This document shows positions 9,239 through 19,120 of a DNA stretch of 32,000 nt, in pieces. The notes under the pieces were generated by a model. That model saw only the letters and a program-made list of their open reading frames with translations. It was not told the DNA's origin and ran no database searches. How positions within the stretch are numbered: position 1 is the stretch's first letter; each line of letters starts with the position of its first letter. Made by a program: the position numbers and the translations under genes. Origin of the DNA: Trichodesmium erythraeum IMS101 (GTDB taxonomy: Bacteria; Cyanobacteriota; Cyanobacteriia; Cyanobacteriales; Microcoleaceae); contig NC_008312.1 of assembly GCF_000014265.1 (NCBI RefSeq), positions 6,060,001-6,092,000 of the forward strand. Reading direction: 5' to 3'.

Positions 9239-9946
9239 TTAGAAAAATAAGTGACTATCTGGTTGAATATTAATTTCCATGGGTACTGCTTGGGGTTCTG
9301 CATTGAGAGCAAACATAATTGCATCAGCAGCAGTTTCTGAACTCAGCATTTTTGAGCGATCGACTTTCAGACTAACATTATCCCAAAAAGGCGTATTTAC
9401 TCCTCCGAAATAGAAAAGAGTTACTTTAATACCATAACGCCGTAATTCATCTGCCATACATTTGCTTAATCCTACCAAACCAAATTTAGAAGCACAATAA
9501 ACGCTTCCCATTGCCATTGAATGTTTGCCAAGAATTCCAATAACGTTACAAATATGGCCTGATTTTTGTCCTTTCATAATATTGGCAGCAGCTTGACAAG
9601 TATAAAAACTGCCTTTCAAATTCAGGTCAAGCATAATGTCAAGGTCAGCAGGTTCAATTTTGTTCCATTGCTTGAGAATACCTGCTCCTGCTGCATTGAC
9701 CAAGATATCTATTTTACCAAAATGCTGGGAAGCCTTTTCCATTAAAGCTTCTACTTCCTGTGGGTTGGTGATGTTTGTTGGTATAGTAATAGTTTCGGTG
9801 GTAGATAGTTGGGTTGCTAAAGTATCTAATTTGTTCTTATCTTGAGCGACCAAAACTAAATTGGCGCCAGAATTGGCCAGTTTTTGTGCCACTGCTGAAC
9901 CTATACCTCCAGTGGCACCGACTATGACCACAACTTTGTTCTTCAT
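9239..9946 (-). CDS. Short-chain dehydrogenase/reductase (SDR)
   Basis: 235-aa ORF. It has the cofactor motif VVVIVGATGGIGSAVA (TGxxxGxG), NAAG, and the catalytic YCASK (YxxxK). Confidence 0.9.
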   Translation of the reverse strand: MKNKVVVIVGATGGIGSAVAQKLANSGANLVLVAQDKNKLDTLATQLSTTETITIPTNITNPQEVEALMEKASQHFGKIDILVNAAGAGILKQWNKIEPADLDIMLDLNLKGSFYTCQAAANIMKGQKSGHICNVIGILGKHSMAMGSVYCASKFGLVGLSKCMADELRRYGIKVTLFYFGGVNTPFWDNVSLKVDRSKMLSSETAADAIMFALNAEPQAVPMEINIQPDSHLFF

Positions 9947-10521
9947 TGACTTTTTCTTTACTTTTATTTACATTCTTCTTTATCATATAGCACTTCTTCA
10001 GAAGGAATAGAGGGTCCGATAGAAGTAAAATATGGTGTTGGTCATTGGTAAGATGATTTTCTACTAGGGGTGATGCCCATCATTTACTCTGGTAAGATAC
10101 TTAAAGGTATTAGAAACAGGTTACTCTTAAAGCTTCATTTCTTGATTTACCAATGCCTAAAATATTGCCCCTGTAAGTGGTATTGCATAAATGTAGGATA
10201 ATTTTCAGGGCTTTGTACCATGGATATATTATCAATTCCCTATATTTTGAGGTGGCCACTTGTATTAAGATATTGATTCAGCAATGGCCGGTCATTTGCA
10301 GCACAAACTCAGTAGATTTACGGATTTCAAATATGTAAGATACAAATATTAATGTTTAATCATAACCATAGTAATACGGGAATTTTGGCAGCTCAAAAAT
10401 GCGCCTAACACTAAATGAAATTTTCTATAATCTGAAATCCGCTGTATTTTTACAAAAAATCAATTAGATGTCAACTTTTAGATTCATTTGTGGAGAGGAA
10501 AAACTTTTTAACTTTTGATTT

Positions 10522-11931
10522 TTAACTTAAGCTGACAAACCAACGACCTTCTTGAGATTGATACAACTGCAGAGCACTACATAACTCCAAAAACTTAGGA
10601 AACTTTTTACTTGGTTGAAACTGCTTAATAGCTGTTGTAATTGGTTGACCATATAACCGATAAAACTCACTGCCCAGATTAGAAATAGGAATATAACTTC
10701 CTGGAGATTCAGCAGTTAAGTTGCTCAAAATTTTAACTAATACTTTTTCGATATCTTCCTGAGAAGTAATCTGAGAAATATTTGTGACTGTAGTGTTGTT
10801 TTCTACCTTATTTAGAGGAGGATGATTTTTTTTTTTTTCGGGTTTAAATTGGTTAAAAATACTTACATAAGTTTGAGATTTTTCTGATGGCTTATGAAGT
10901 GCAAAATAAACTGGATAGTTGATAAATATATGATTTGAATTTTGACTAGGAAAGTAGGTTTGAACTACATCTTTAAGATTTAACTTATAAGTTTCCTTAT
11001 ACAAAGCAGAAATTCTGGAGAATTTAATCCATTGCTGTCCAATTTTTACTGCTTCTGTTCTAATTAATTCCTGCAATTGAATAATAAATTTATTAATACT
11101 AGGAATTTCTGGTTCCGACAAAGCATATATTTTTGATTCTCCAGTTTTACTATTTAAAACTGTAATTTGATTTTTATATTTTCGCACCTGATACACAGTT
11201 AACCCATGAGATTGTAAAGTAGTACCAAGATGAGTTAATCCTCGGTCAGAAGAACAAACTAAAATCTCCTTAGCTTTGGGATAATTGAGAAAAATAGAAG
11301 CACCTACCGTTGCCATTTTTAAGTCAGCACTATCTTTTCCACGAGGAACATGAATTAGTTGATAACCACGTTGATGAAATTCTTCATCTTTTTTACCCAT
11401 ACTGTGCCAGTTGGCAAAAGCAACTTTAATTTGAATTGGATAATTGCAGATATCTACAAGAATTTTTTCTGCTTCCAAATCAAGTGGTAAATTTTCTACA
11501 TCTAATAGTAAAATAGCAATTCCTGACTCTACTAATTTAGTGCCATTTGTAGAGAAATTAGATGCTTTATAATTGGTAATTTTATCTGATGAAACTAGGG
11601 TTATTTCTGAATAAATATGTTTGTCTATTTCAGAAATTAAAACATCATATTGAGCAGAGTTAATAAATTCTGGAGTGAAGATGATTTGGAGATAATTTTT
11701 TACTTTTAGCTTTAAAACATCTTTACTTTTAACATGAGAAAGCCCTTTTCTAAATTTATTAGTTAAAGTAGACTGATACTTGGGATCCTGCCAAGGAATA
11801 CTCCTATACTTTGAGGTTATCAACTCTGGATGTTGCTTTTGAATAGAAACAATAGTTTGGTAAATATAGCGGCTGATAGCGCTAATAGCAGTAGAATTAT
11901 TAGTCACTAGTAAACCAGAATTATGTGACAT
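10522..11931 (-). CDS. NYN-domain (LabA-like PIN-fold) protein with C-terminal OST-HTH/LOTUS domain(s)
   Basis: 469-aa ORF. NYN-type motifs are ILLLDVENL, HVPRGKDSADLKM and ILVCSSDRGLTHL. The C-terminus IEKVLVKILSNLTAESPGSYIPISNLGSEFYRLYGQPITTAIKQFQPSKKFPKFLELC looks like OST-HTH/LOTUS. A second LOTUS-like stretch occurs around IKFSRISALYKETYKLNLKDVVQTYFP. I did not recognise the N-terminal ~140 aa. Confidence 0.7.
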   Translation of the reverse strand: MSHNSGLLVTNNSTAISAISRYIYQTIVSIQKQHPELITSKYRSIPWQDPKYQSTLTNKFRKGLSHVKSKDVLKLKVKNYLQIIFTPEFINSAQYDVLISEIDKHIYSEITLVSSDKITNYKASNFSTNGTKLVESGIAILLLDVENLPLDLEAEKILVDICNYPIQIKVAFANWHSMGKKDEEFHQRGYQLIHVPRGKDSADLKMATVGASIFLNYPKAKEILVCSSDRGLTHLGTTLQSHGLTVYQVRKYKNQITVLNSKTGESKIYALSEPEIPSINKFIIQLQELIRTEAVKIGQQWIKFSRISALYKETYKLNLKDVVQTYFPSQNSNHIFINYPVYFALHKPSEKSQTYVSIFNQFKPEKKKNHPPLNKVENNTTVTNISQITSQEDIEKVLVKILSNLTAESPGSYIPISNLGSEFYRLYGQPITTAIKQFQPSKKFPKFLELCSALQLYQSQEGRWFVSLS

Positions 11932-12049
11932 GGCCTATTGCCTAATTTATATAGGCTTGAATAAAACGTCTTGAGAAATATATATTTTAATAATACAAGA
12001 TCAAGATGACATTAGGCTATTTTTTGATATTTTATTGAGGGCTGATAAT

Positions 12050-13291
12050 CTAGATATTTGGTAAAAGTTTCATATTTTGACCCGCTAACCATCCAGTTGT
12101 CCATGCACTTTGAAAATTAAAACCACCTGTAATTCCATCAATATCTAAAATTTCTCCTGCAAAATGCAACCCCTGACAACAACGACTTTCCATCGTTTTA
12201 AAATTAATTTCTTTTAAATTTACCCCACCACAAGAAACAAACTCTTCCTTAAAAGCTCCTTTTCCTCGAATTTCATATTTACCTTGAGTCAATTCCAAAA
12301 TTAACTTATTAATACCTTTATTTGATAACTCTGCCCAAGGTTTTTGAGAGTCAATATCCGCAGCAATAACTAAACGTTCCCATAAACGACGTGGTAAAGA
12401 AAACGGACAACTATTAATGATTGCTTTTTTCTTCAAACTTTTACATTCTAATAACTTAGTTCGTATCTCCTCTGGATGAACCTCCGATAACCAATTAATT
12501 AATAAATCAGATTGATAATTATTTTCATAAAGAAATCTGGCACCCCAAGCAGATAACCTTAAGGTTACTGGTCCACTTAAACCCCAATGAGTCACCAACA
12601 CAGGGCCAGTTTGTTTGAACTTAGTCTTTGGAAGTTGCAAACAGACATTTTCAACCGAAATACCTGCTAAATCTTTGAGACGCGGGTCAGAGAGCTTGAA
12701 GGTAAATAAAGAAGGAACAGGGGAAACAATTTTTAGGCCTAACCCTTTTGCCAAATTATGGCCAATAGGACTACTGCCAGTTGCTAAGAGTAAGCGATCG
12801 CACTCCAGAAATTCCCCCGATCTTAACTCGACTACAAATAAATTATCTCTCCCTTGTGTCGTTTTGCATTTGACTGAAACTACTGCTGCACCTGTACGAA
12901 TATTTACACCCTTAGACAAAGCAGTCTTAGTTAAACATTCAACTATTGTGGCAGAGTCATCAGTTGTTGGAAACATCCGTCCATCTGCTTCAGTTTTTAA
13001 CTGTACGCCCCTAGCAGCAAACCATTCTACAGTATCGCGAGCTTGAAATCTAGTGAATGCTCCCCGAAGTGCTTTGCTACCTCTGGGGTAGTTTTGGATA
13101 AATATTGCTGGATCGAAACAGGCGTGGGTAACATTACAACGTCCACCTCCAGAGATGCGAACTTTTGCCAGAGGTTGTCGCCCTGCTTCTAAAATAGTCA
13201 CATAGTTGTGGGGGGTTGCTGCTGCCAACGCTCCAAAAAAACCGGCTGCACCTCCACCAACAACTACAATTTTAAGGGATGGGAAAGACAT
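12050..13291 (-). CDS. FAD-dependent oxidoreductase of the HI0933/YhiN/BaiN family
   Basis: 413-aa ORF with the dinucleotide-binding motif KIVVVGGGAAGFFGALAAA, followed by RISGGGRCNVTH, which is typical of HI0933-like flavoproteins. Confidence 0.88.
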   Translation of the reverse strand: MSFPSLKIVVVGGGAAGFFGALAAATPHNYVTILEAGRQPLAKVRISGGGRCNVTHACFDPAIFIQNYPRGSKALRGAFTRFQARDTVEWFAARGVQLKTEADGRMFPTTDDSATIVECLTKTALSKGVNIRTGAAVVSVKCKTTQGRDNLFVVELRSGEFLECDRLLLATGSSPIGHNLAKGLGLKIVSPVPSLFTFKLSDPRLKDLAGISVENVCLQLPKTKFKQTGPVLVTHWGLSGPVTLRLSAWGARFLYENNYQSDLLINWLSEVHPEEIRTKLLECKSLKKKAIINSCPFSLPRRLWERLVIAADIDSQKPWAELSNKGINKLILELTQGKYEIRGKGAFKEEFVSCGGVNLKEINFKTMESRCCQGLHFAGEILDIDGITGGFNFQSAWTTGWLAGQNMKLLPNI

Positions 13292-13308
13292 TTTATCTGT
13301 ATTAGTTA

Positions 13309-13470
13309 CTATTCCACTGGTTCAAATTCTTCTTTGTCTACTCCACAAACTGGACAAAGCCAATCATCGGAAATATTTTCAAAGGGAGTGCCTGGACTTA
13401 TACCACTATCTGGGTCTCCTTCTTCCGGGTCATATATATATCCACAGACATTACAAATATACTTTTTCAT
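13309..13470 (-). CDS. Rubredoxin (53 aa, soluble type)
   Basis: Not in the ORF track (below its length cut-off). The reverse-strand translation is [53 protein letters not shown]. It contains the two canonical CxxCG / CPxCG iron-binding knuckles. The stop lies 17 nt upstream of the flavoprotein ATG at 13291. Confidence 0.9.
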   Translation of the reverse strand: MKKYICNVCGYIYDPEEGDPDSGISPGTPFENISDDWLCPVCGVDKEEFEPVE

Positions 13471-14214
13471 CTTAACTTATTTCTCTCTGAGTAGTTCATC
13501 TGGATTTTACAAGTTTTTGGTCTGAAGATTATACTATCAAGTTATAAAGTTTTGTTAAGTTTTTCCTAGTTAGCTAGGGCAAGCTTATTAACTCTTAAAG
13601 AATTGTAATTATTAGAAAATATACAGGATCCGTGAGGTTTACAACCTGTTAAGCTCTAATAGAGATAGTCAATTTTGGGTCAGTTTTGACCAATTCATTT
13701 TCAAGATATTACAAATAGTTTCCAACTTTAAATGCCAAATAATTTCCTGAAATTACTGAGGGAGTCAAAGTTTTAAGCTTATAAAATCTTAATGCATAAT
13801 TTTTGGCTTTTGAATGCATAATTTCTGTGAAACGGTATTAGCATTTTGGGCAGATAAGGGCATAACAACCAATGAACAATTCTTACTCCTAAAAAATTAC
13901 CATTTCTTTAGACTCCTCATTATTCCCTACTTCCTAAAAAGACTTTTTGAGCAAACTATAGCTATAAATATACAAAGCTTACCATTGCCCATTATGTAAA
14001 AATTTACGGAGCAAGATGTACTAGTACTACAATAGTTTTACCCTTCACCCCCCATACATTATTTTATAATTTGATGCTGTATATATTTAATTTCAATTAG
14101 GGAAAATTACTAATTGTTGGCTGAACTTAGCTTCAGCTCTAATTTAATTCTAAGTTAAGTACATTTTTAAGAGGAGGTAATAAATGGAAAACTAATTCAC
14201 TCCTAATGGCATAA

Positions 14215-14569
14215 GACTTACTCGCCAGTGATAATGCTGAGGTGATCGCTCTGTTTTCTGAAGAACCGGTTAATTTTCGCGATGGGTTCTTAGCTATTGT
14301 TGGCGATAAAGGGTTATAGGGTATTCATACTCAGAGATAATTCTGGAAAACTGGGGCGATGATAGCCTGAGTAGTGGAGGTGGCAGGGATACTTTTATGG
14401 TAATAAAGACAATGACACAGTAGAAAATAGTAAAAGTGATAACTTAGTTTGTGGCGATCGTGAAGATGATGTTATCAAGGGAGGAAATGGTGGTGATAGT
14501 TTATTTGGAAGCAGAAAGAATGATCGCCTATTTGGAAACTGGAGTAATGATACTTTTTCAGCGGCCTGA
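14215..14569 (+). pseudogene. Fragment of a hemolysin-type (RTX) calcium-binding repeat protein, broken by a frameshift and stops
   Basis: One frame gives LASDNAEVIALFSEEPVNFRDGFLAIVGDKGL*. After that comes ENWGDDSLSSGGGRDTF. After a 1-nt shift the sequence reads GNKDNDTVENSKSDNLVCGDREDDVIKGGNGGDSLFGSRKNDRLFGNWSNDTFSAA*. These are GGxGxDxL-type nonapeptide repeats with no intact ORF. Confidence 0.5.
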
Positions 14570-14676
14570 AGGTTTGCAGCCCTCAGAATATTTTTTCAAA
14601 TTTATTTTGTTATCTACTCTTTATTCTCTAAATTTTATATGATATAATTTAAAGTTAAGAGTTTAGATATATATCA

Positions 14677-15351
14677 ATGGCATTAGCACCTTTACTTCCA
14701 ATTTTACATCCAATATTAAAGTCAGCTTTTCCTAATTGTTTATGGCAGGGAAATACAAAAAACTCAGAAATTGCTCTTAGCTTTGATGATGGGCCTCACC
14801 CAGAATATACACCTCAATTATTAGAAGTTCTAGATAAGTATCAAATTAAAGCCAGTTTTTTTTTATTAGGTGTATTTGTAGACCGTTATCCAGAAATAAC
14901 TAAAATAATATATGAAAAAGGTCATTGGATTGGTTTACATGGCTATGAACATATATCATTTCCTAAACTCACTGCTCTTCAACTTAAATCTAGTTTAGAA
15001 AAAACACAATTTGCTATTTATAAAGCTTGTGGATTAGCAACAAAATTAATTTCTGATGTTCGTCCTCCATATGGCGTAGTTATACCTCAAAATCTCAAAT
15101 TATTAGAGGAGTGGAAATATAGAACTGTTATGTGGACTGTAGTACCTGTAGATTGGGTTAGGCCAGGAATTTCGGTAGTTGTTAATCGAGTAGTTAAGCA
15201 AACTTTTAATGGTTCAATTATTGTCTTACATGATGGAAATAATGGTGGTCAGGATGTCACTAAAACTGCTGCAGAAATTATTCCTATTTTACTAGAAAAA
15301 AATTATCAATTTATTACTATAGATAAAATGTGGTCATTAAATTCAAAATAA
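14677..15351 (+). CDS. Polysaccharide deacetylase (NodB homology domain, CE4)
   Basis: 224-aa ORF with the CE4 motifs ALSFDDGPHPEYT (DD) and GLHGYEH (HxxxH), plus IVLHDG near the C-terminus. Confidence 0.88.
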   Translation: MALAPLLPILHPILKSAFPNCLWQGNTKNSEIALSFDDGPHPEYTPQLLEVLDKYQIKASFFLLGVFVDRYPEITKIIYEKGHWIGLHGYEHISFPKLTALQLKSSLEKTQFAIYKACGLATKLISDVRPPYGVVIPQNLKLLEEWKYRTVMWTVVPVDWVRPGISVVVNRVVKQTFNGSIIVLHDGNNGGQDVTKTAAEIIPILLEKNYQFITIDKMWSLNSK

Positions 15352-16047
15352 AATATTTAAAACTGGAATAAGTAAAAATAAATAGATCAATATTATTATT
15401 TTAACTCTATCTAAATTTTTTAATACTGTTTATAAACTAAATATTAAAGTAGAATAGGGAGTGTAAAAATTTGAGGTTTTCACCACTCTTTACTTTGGTT
15501 ACTAAAGCTAAATTTAAAATTGGTGGTATTAGATATTAGTTTGTTTAAATGGTAGTCCTATTGATGTAATGATATTTACAATTAAACTCCTTTTATTGCT
15601 AGGAGTTTAACTACAAAAAATCATTACTTTGATTTTGCATTAGTACCGTTTCAATTAATATTGTTGCTTTTTCTAGTTAATTATTTTCAGAAGAAAGGAA
15701 CTAAATTAATTTTATTTAGTCAAAGCTTAATAAAGGGGCTAAAATAAGAAATTATTAATTTGTGGTCAAAGGTTTCATAAAATTATAGTCTTTGGTCTTG
15801 TGAAGTTATACTATCACAAGTATTGCTAAATCTCCTTGATCATAGATAGGGATGTTCATGCAAAATCTCTATAGAGTATGGTTTTTAGGGATAAGATTTC
15901 TTGGCTCAAAAACAAAAGAATCTAAAATAACATTGCTTGTAGTTATTTATTGCTTAATAACTACAGTCTTGAGGAAGGTCTTGCAATATAAATGGGAATT
16001 AGTATAACACAAGGGTCTTTTCAAAATTTCAAAGTGGTGGAGAAATA

Positions 16048-18795
16048 TTGATGATGAAAATTTATAAGTGGCATCCTATACTTGCTTTATTTCTATGGTT
16101 AAGTATTATAATTAGTCCGGAATTATTGGACCGCAAAAAAATCACACCAGCACTTGCGGAAACAACTTTACAAGATATTAAAAATCATTTTGCTCAAGGT
16201 TGTATTGATAGTTTATTAGACAAAAAAATAATATTGGGTGACTACAAAAATAAAACTTTTCGTGCTAATACACCTGTAACTAGAGCTGAATTTGCTGCAA
16301 TGATTACTCAAGCTTTTCCAGATACAAAAATTGTGCGAAATCCGATAAATTTTGTAGATATTCCCCAAGACTATTGGGGTTATGATGCGATTAAAAAATC
16401 TTATGAAATGGGTTTTTTATCGGCATATATTGGCAAAACTTTTAACCCGACTTTCAAGATTAAACGCTGGCAAGTTTTGACAGCTTTAAGTAGGGGATTA
16501 AATTATCAAGCAAGTTCATCTTCAACACAGAAGTTAAATAAAATTTTTGATGATGCAGCAGAAATTCCTGAAGAGGTAAAAAAGTCTATTGCAGCAGCAA
16601 CAGAAAAAGGTATTGTTGTTAATTATCCAAATGTTAGGCTGCTTAATCCTAATGAAAATGCTACCCGCTCAGATGTAGCTACTTTTCTGTGTCAAGCTAT
16701 TGTCAATAATCAAAAAAATAGTAATGAAGTAATTGTTCAAGTTCCTTCAGAATATATTGCAAGTTTTGATAAAAATACTCAATTAAAAACTAGAGATACT
16801 TTACCTAAAAATACTATAGAAACAATAAAAAATAGAGAAAATTCTAATTTAAAAACAACTGGGGAAACTTCTTTAGAAAATACAAATATTCCTGGAATAG
16901 TAGAAAGGTTTGATGATGGCAATTTACAAGCTGAAATTATTTACAGACAAGCTAATAATACAGATTTAGTGAGTGATTTATATCTGAAAATTATCAGAGG
17001 TGGAAAAACTATTTTAAATCAACCAATACCAGTCGAATCTTTAGCCAGTGCATCTGATAGTACAATGGCATTATTAGCAGGTAGATTTGTGAAAGTACAA
17101 TTATTAGATCTCGATGGGGACAAAGAATCGGAGGTATTAGTAGATTTATTCACAATAAATAATAGTAATGCTCCATTTATAGGTGGTACTTATTCTTTTA
17201 TTTATCGTTATGAACCGAAAGAAAATCAATATACTATGCTGCGCCATTACTGGGGAAATATTAATTATCGGGTTACAGATTTAGATAATGATAATATTCC
17301 AGAATTTAAAAGTTTTGATAGTAGATTTGCTAATGTGTTTTCTAATTTAAATGATTCATTTTTTCCCGTCCGCATTTTCCAGTACTATCAAGGAGAAATA
17401 TTGGATGTAACTAAGAAATATCCAGTCCAAATAAACAGCGATGCTTCAGAAATGTGGCTAGAATTTTACAGGCGTTTAAATAAAAAACAAAATATAAAAG
17501 GAGTATTGGCTGCTTACCTGGCAAATAAATATATGTTAGGTGAAAAAGAAGAGGGCTGGAAATCAATAGAAAGTGCATATCAAGGTAGCGATCGCTCAAC
17601 TTATTTTGCCAATTTGCGTAATTTTTTGACTGAGAAAGGTTATGACACTAATCAACAAATTCAACCCCAAACTATGCTGGAAAATTTTAATCCGGAAAGT
17701 CAAGATAATGTTTCTTCTTTTACCAATAAAACTTCACCCAAAGTAACAACAAACAATACAGAAAATACGGAAATAAAAATAAAACGACCACCTCAAAGTT
17801 CATACTCAAGAACAATACCAGCAATTCCTAAAACTTTATCACCGACTGAAAATTCTGTAAATTCAGAAACCTTAAGACAGGCAGATATTACTAATAATAT
17901 TGTGCTTGCACCTAAATTAGTTACTTCTATATCTAATAAGCAACCAGATTCTATTTTATCTTTAACAATTAGTTTTAATGGCAAAATATTAGCTAGTAGC
18001 AGCGGTAAAAACATTCAGTTATGGAACTTAGAAACTGCTAAACTACTAGATACTTTATCAAGTCATACCACTAATGTGCGCTCGGTAGCAATTAGTCCAG
18101 ATGGTAAAACTTTAGCAAGTGGAAGTGAGGATGGTACAGTAAAATTGTGGGATATTTCTACAGGAAAAGTGTTGACCAGCTTTGACCATTCTGGTTTGAT
18201 AACTGCTGTGGGTTTTACTGCTGATGGCAGAGCAGTGATAGGATGCAGCTCTGATAGCGGGATGAAATTGTGGGATATTGAGACAGGGGAACTACTACAC
18301 AGGATGAATGGTACTCAACCTATTGCTTTTGGTGTTGATGGTCTGCAAATGGCGGCCAGTGGCGGACCGAGATATATTCGTCTTTGGAATGTCGCCGAGG
18401 GGCAACTGTTGAAAAATCTGCCTATACCTAGTAGAAATAATAATCAAGGGATACAGGCGATCGCTTTTAGTCAGGATGGACAAACTCTTGCTCATGCAAT
18501 GCGGGGAGAAAGTCAGGTTTTAGTCTGGAATGTGGAAACCTGGGAAGTGCGTCACACTCTCAAAGAACATTCTCAGGCAATTCAGGCGATCGCTATTAGT
18601 CCGGATGGTAAAATTCTTGCGAGTAGCGGCGAGGATGGTAAAATTTATCTGTGGGATATGGCTAGTGGAAAATTATTGAGGAGTATTAAAGGTTACGGTG
18701 CAATTGTTTTTAGTCCTGATAGTCAGCAGCTTGTCAGTGTTACAGAGGATAATATGATTCAGCTTTGGCAAATTTATGGGTCGGCGAGGGAGTAA
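16048..18795 (+). CDS. Exported SLH-domain protein with a C-terminal 7-blade WD40 propeller
   Basis: 915-aa ORF. The N-terminus is signal-peptide-like (ILALFLWLSIIIS...PALA/ET). Three SLH-like segments follow (..TFRANTPVTRAEFAAMITQAF; FVDIPQDYWGYDAIKKSYEMGFLSAY; ..NENATRSDVATFLCQAI). Next come a region of unknown function and an N/T/S/P-rich linker. Seven diverged WD40 repeats close the protein (e.g. SHTTNVRSVAISPDGKTLASGSEDGTVKLWD). Confidence 0.85.
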   Translation: MMMKIYKWHPILALFLWLSIIISPELLDRKKITPALAETTLQDIKNHFAQGCIDSLLDKKIILGDYKNKTFRANTPVTRAEFAAMITQAFPDTKIVRNPINFVDIPQDYWGYDAIKKSYEMGFLSAYIGKTFNPTFKIKRWQVLTALSRGLNYQASSSSTQKLNKIFDDAAEIPEEVKKSIAAATEKGIVVNYPNVRLLNPNENATRSDVATFLCQAIVNNQKNSNEVIVQVPSEYIASFDKNTQLKTRDTLPKNTIETIKNRENSNLKTTGETSLENTNIPGIVERFDDGNLQAEIIYRQANNTDLVSDLYLKIIRGGKTILNQPIPVESLASASDSTMALLAGRFVKVQLLDLDGDKESEVLVDLFTINNSNAPFIGGTYSFIYRYEPKENQYTMLRHYWGNINYRVTDLDNDNIPEFKSFDSRFANVFSNLNDSFFPVRIFQYYQGEILDVTKKYPVQINSDASEMWLEFYRRLNKKQNIKGVLAAYLANKYMLGEKEEGWKSIESAYQGSDRSTYFANLRNFLTEKGYDTNQQIQPQTMLENFNPESQDNVSSFTNKTSPKVTTNNTENTEIKIKRPPQSSYSRTIPAIPKTLSPTENSVNSETLRQADITNNIVLAPKLVTSISNKQPDSILSLTISFNGKILASSSGKNIQLWNLETAKLLDTLSSHTTNVRSVAISPDGKTLASGSEDGTVKLWDISTGKVLTSFDHSGLITAVGFTADGRAVIGCSSDSGMKLWDIETGELLHRMNGTQPIAFGVDGLQMAASGGPRYIRLWNVAEGQLLKNLPIPSRNNNQGIQAIAFSQDGQTLAHAMRGESQVLVWNVETWEVRHTLKEHSQAIQAIAISPDGKILASSGEDGKIYLWDMASGKLLRSIKGYGAIVFSPDSQQLVSVTEDNMIQLWQIYGSARE

Positions 18796-19120
18796 TGAGT
18801 TGTTTGAGCTTTCAGTTATGAAGTACACTTATGGGGGCAAGTAGACACAGGGTGGCAATTAGAGCTATGGGGGTGAGATCCACCCAATACATAATTTTCA
18901 CAATTTCCCCTGTAGTTCAAAAGACACAAAAAACTTACCGCGCTTTTCTGATAATATATTATAGTAAGGAAACGATATCAAATTTTTTCTGAAAAACTTT
19001 AAACTAGCTTTAACAATAAACCTCTATAAAAAAAAGGATAAGAGCTTGCTAGATGGGTTAGTTCTGCCTAAGTCCTGATAAAATAGATTAGTGTGTTTAT
19101 ATAAAATTAAATAAAATATT

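Noticed and set aside
12615-13525. Plus-strand ORFs 12615..13046, 13206..13475 and 13208..13525
   Set aside because: They are antisense to the flavoprotein and rubredoxin genes, which carry strong family motifs. Their translations are Ser/Pro/Thr-rich with no motifs.
13814-14642. Small ORFs 13814..13999 and 14451..14642
   Set aside because: Neither has an RBS or recognisable motifs. The second is out of frame with the readable RTX repeats of the pseudogene.
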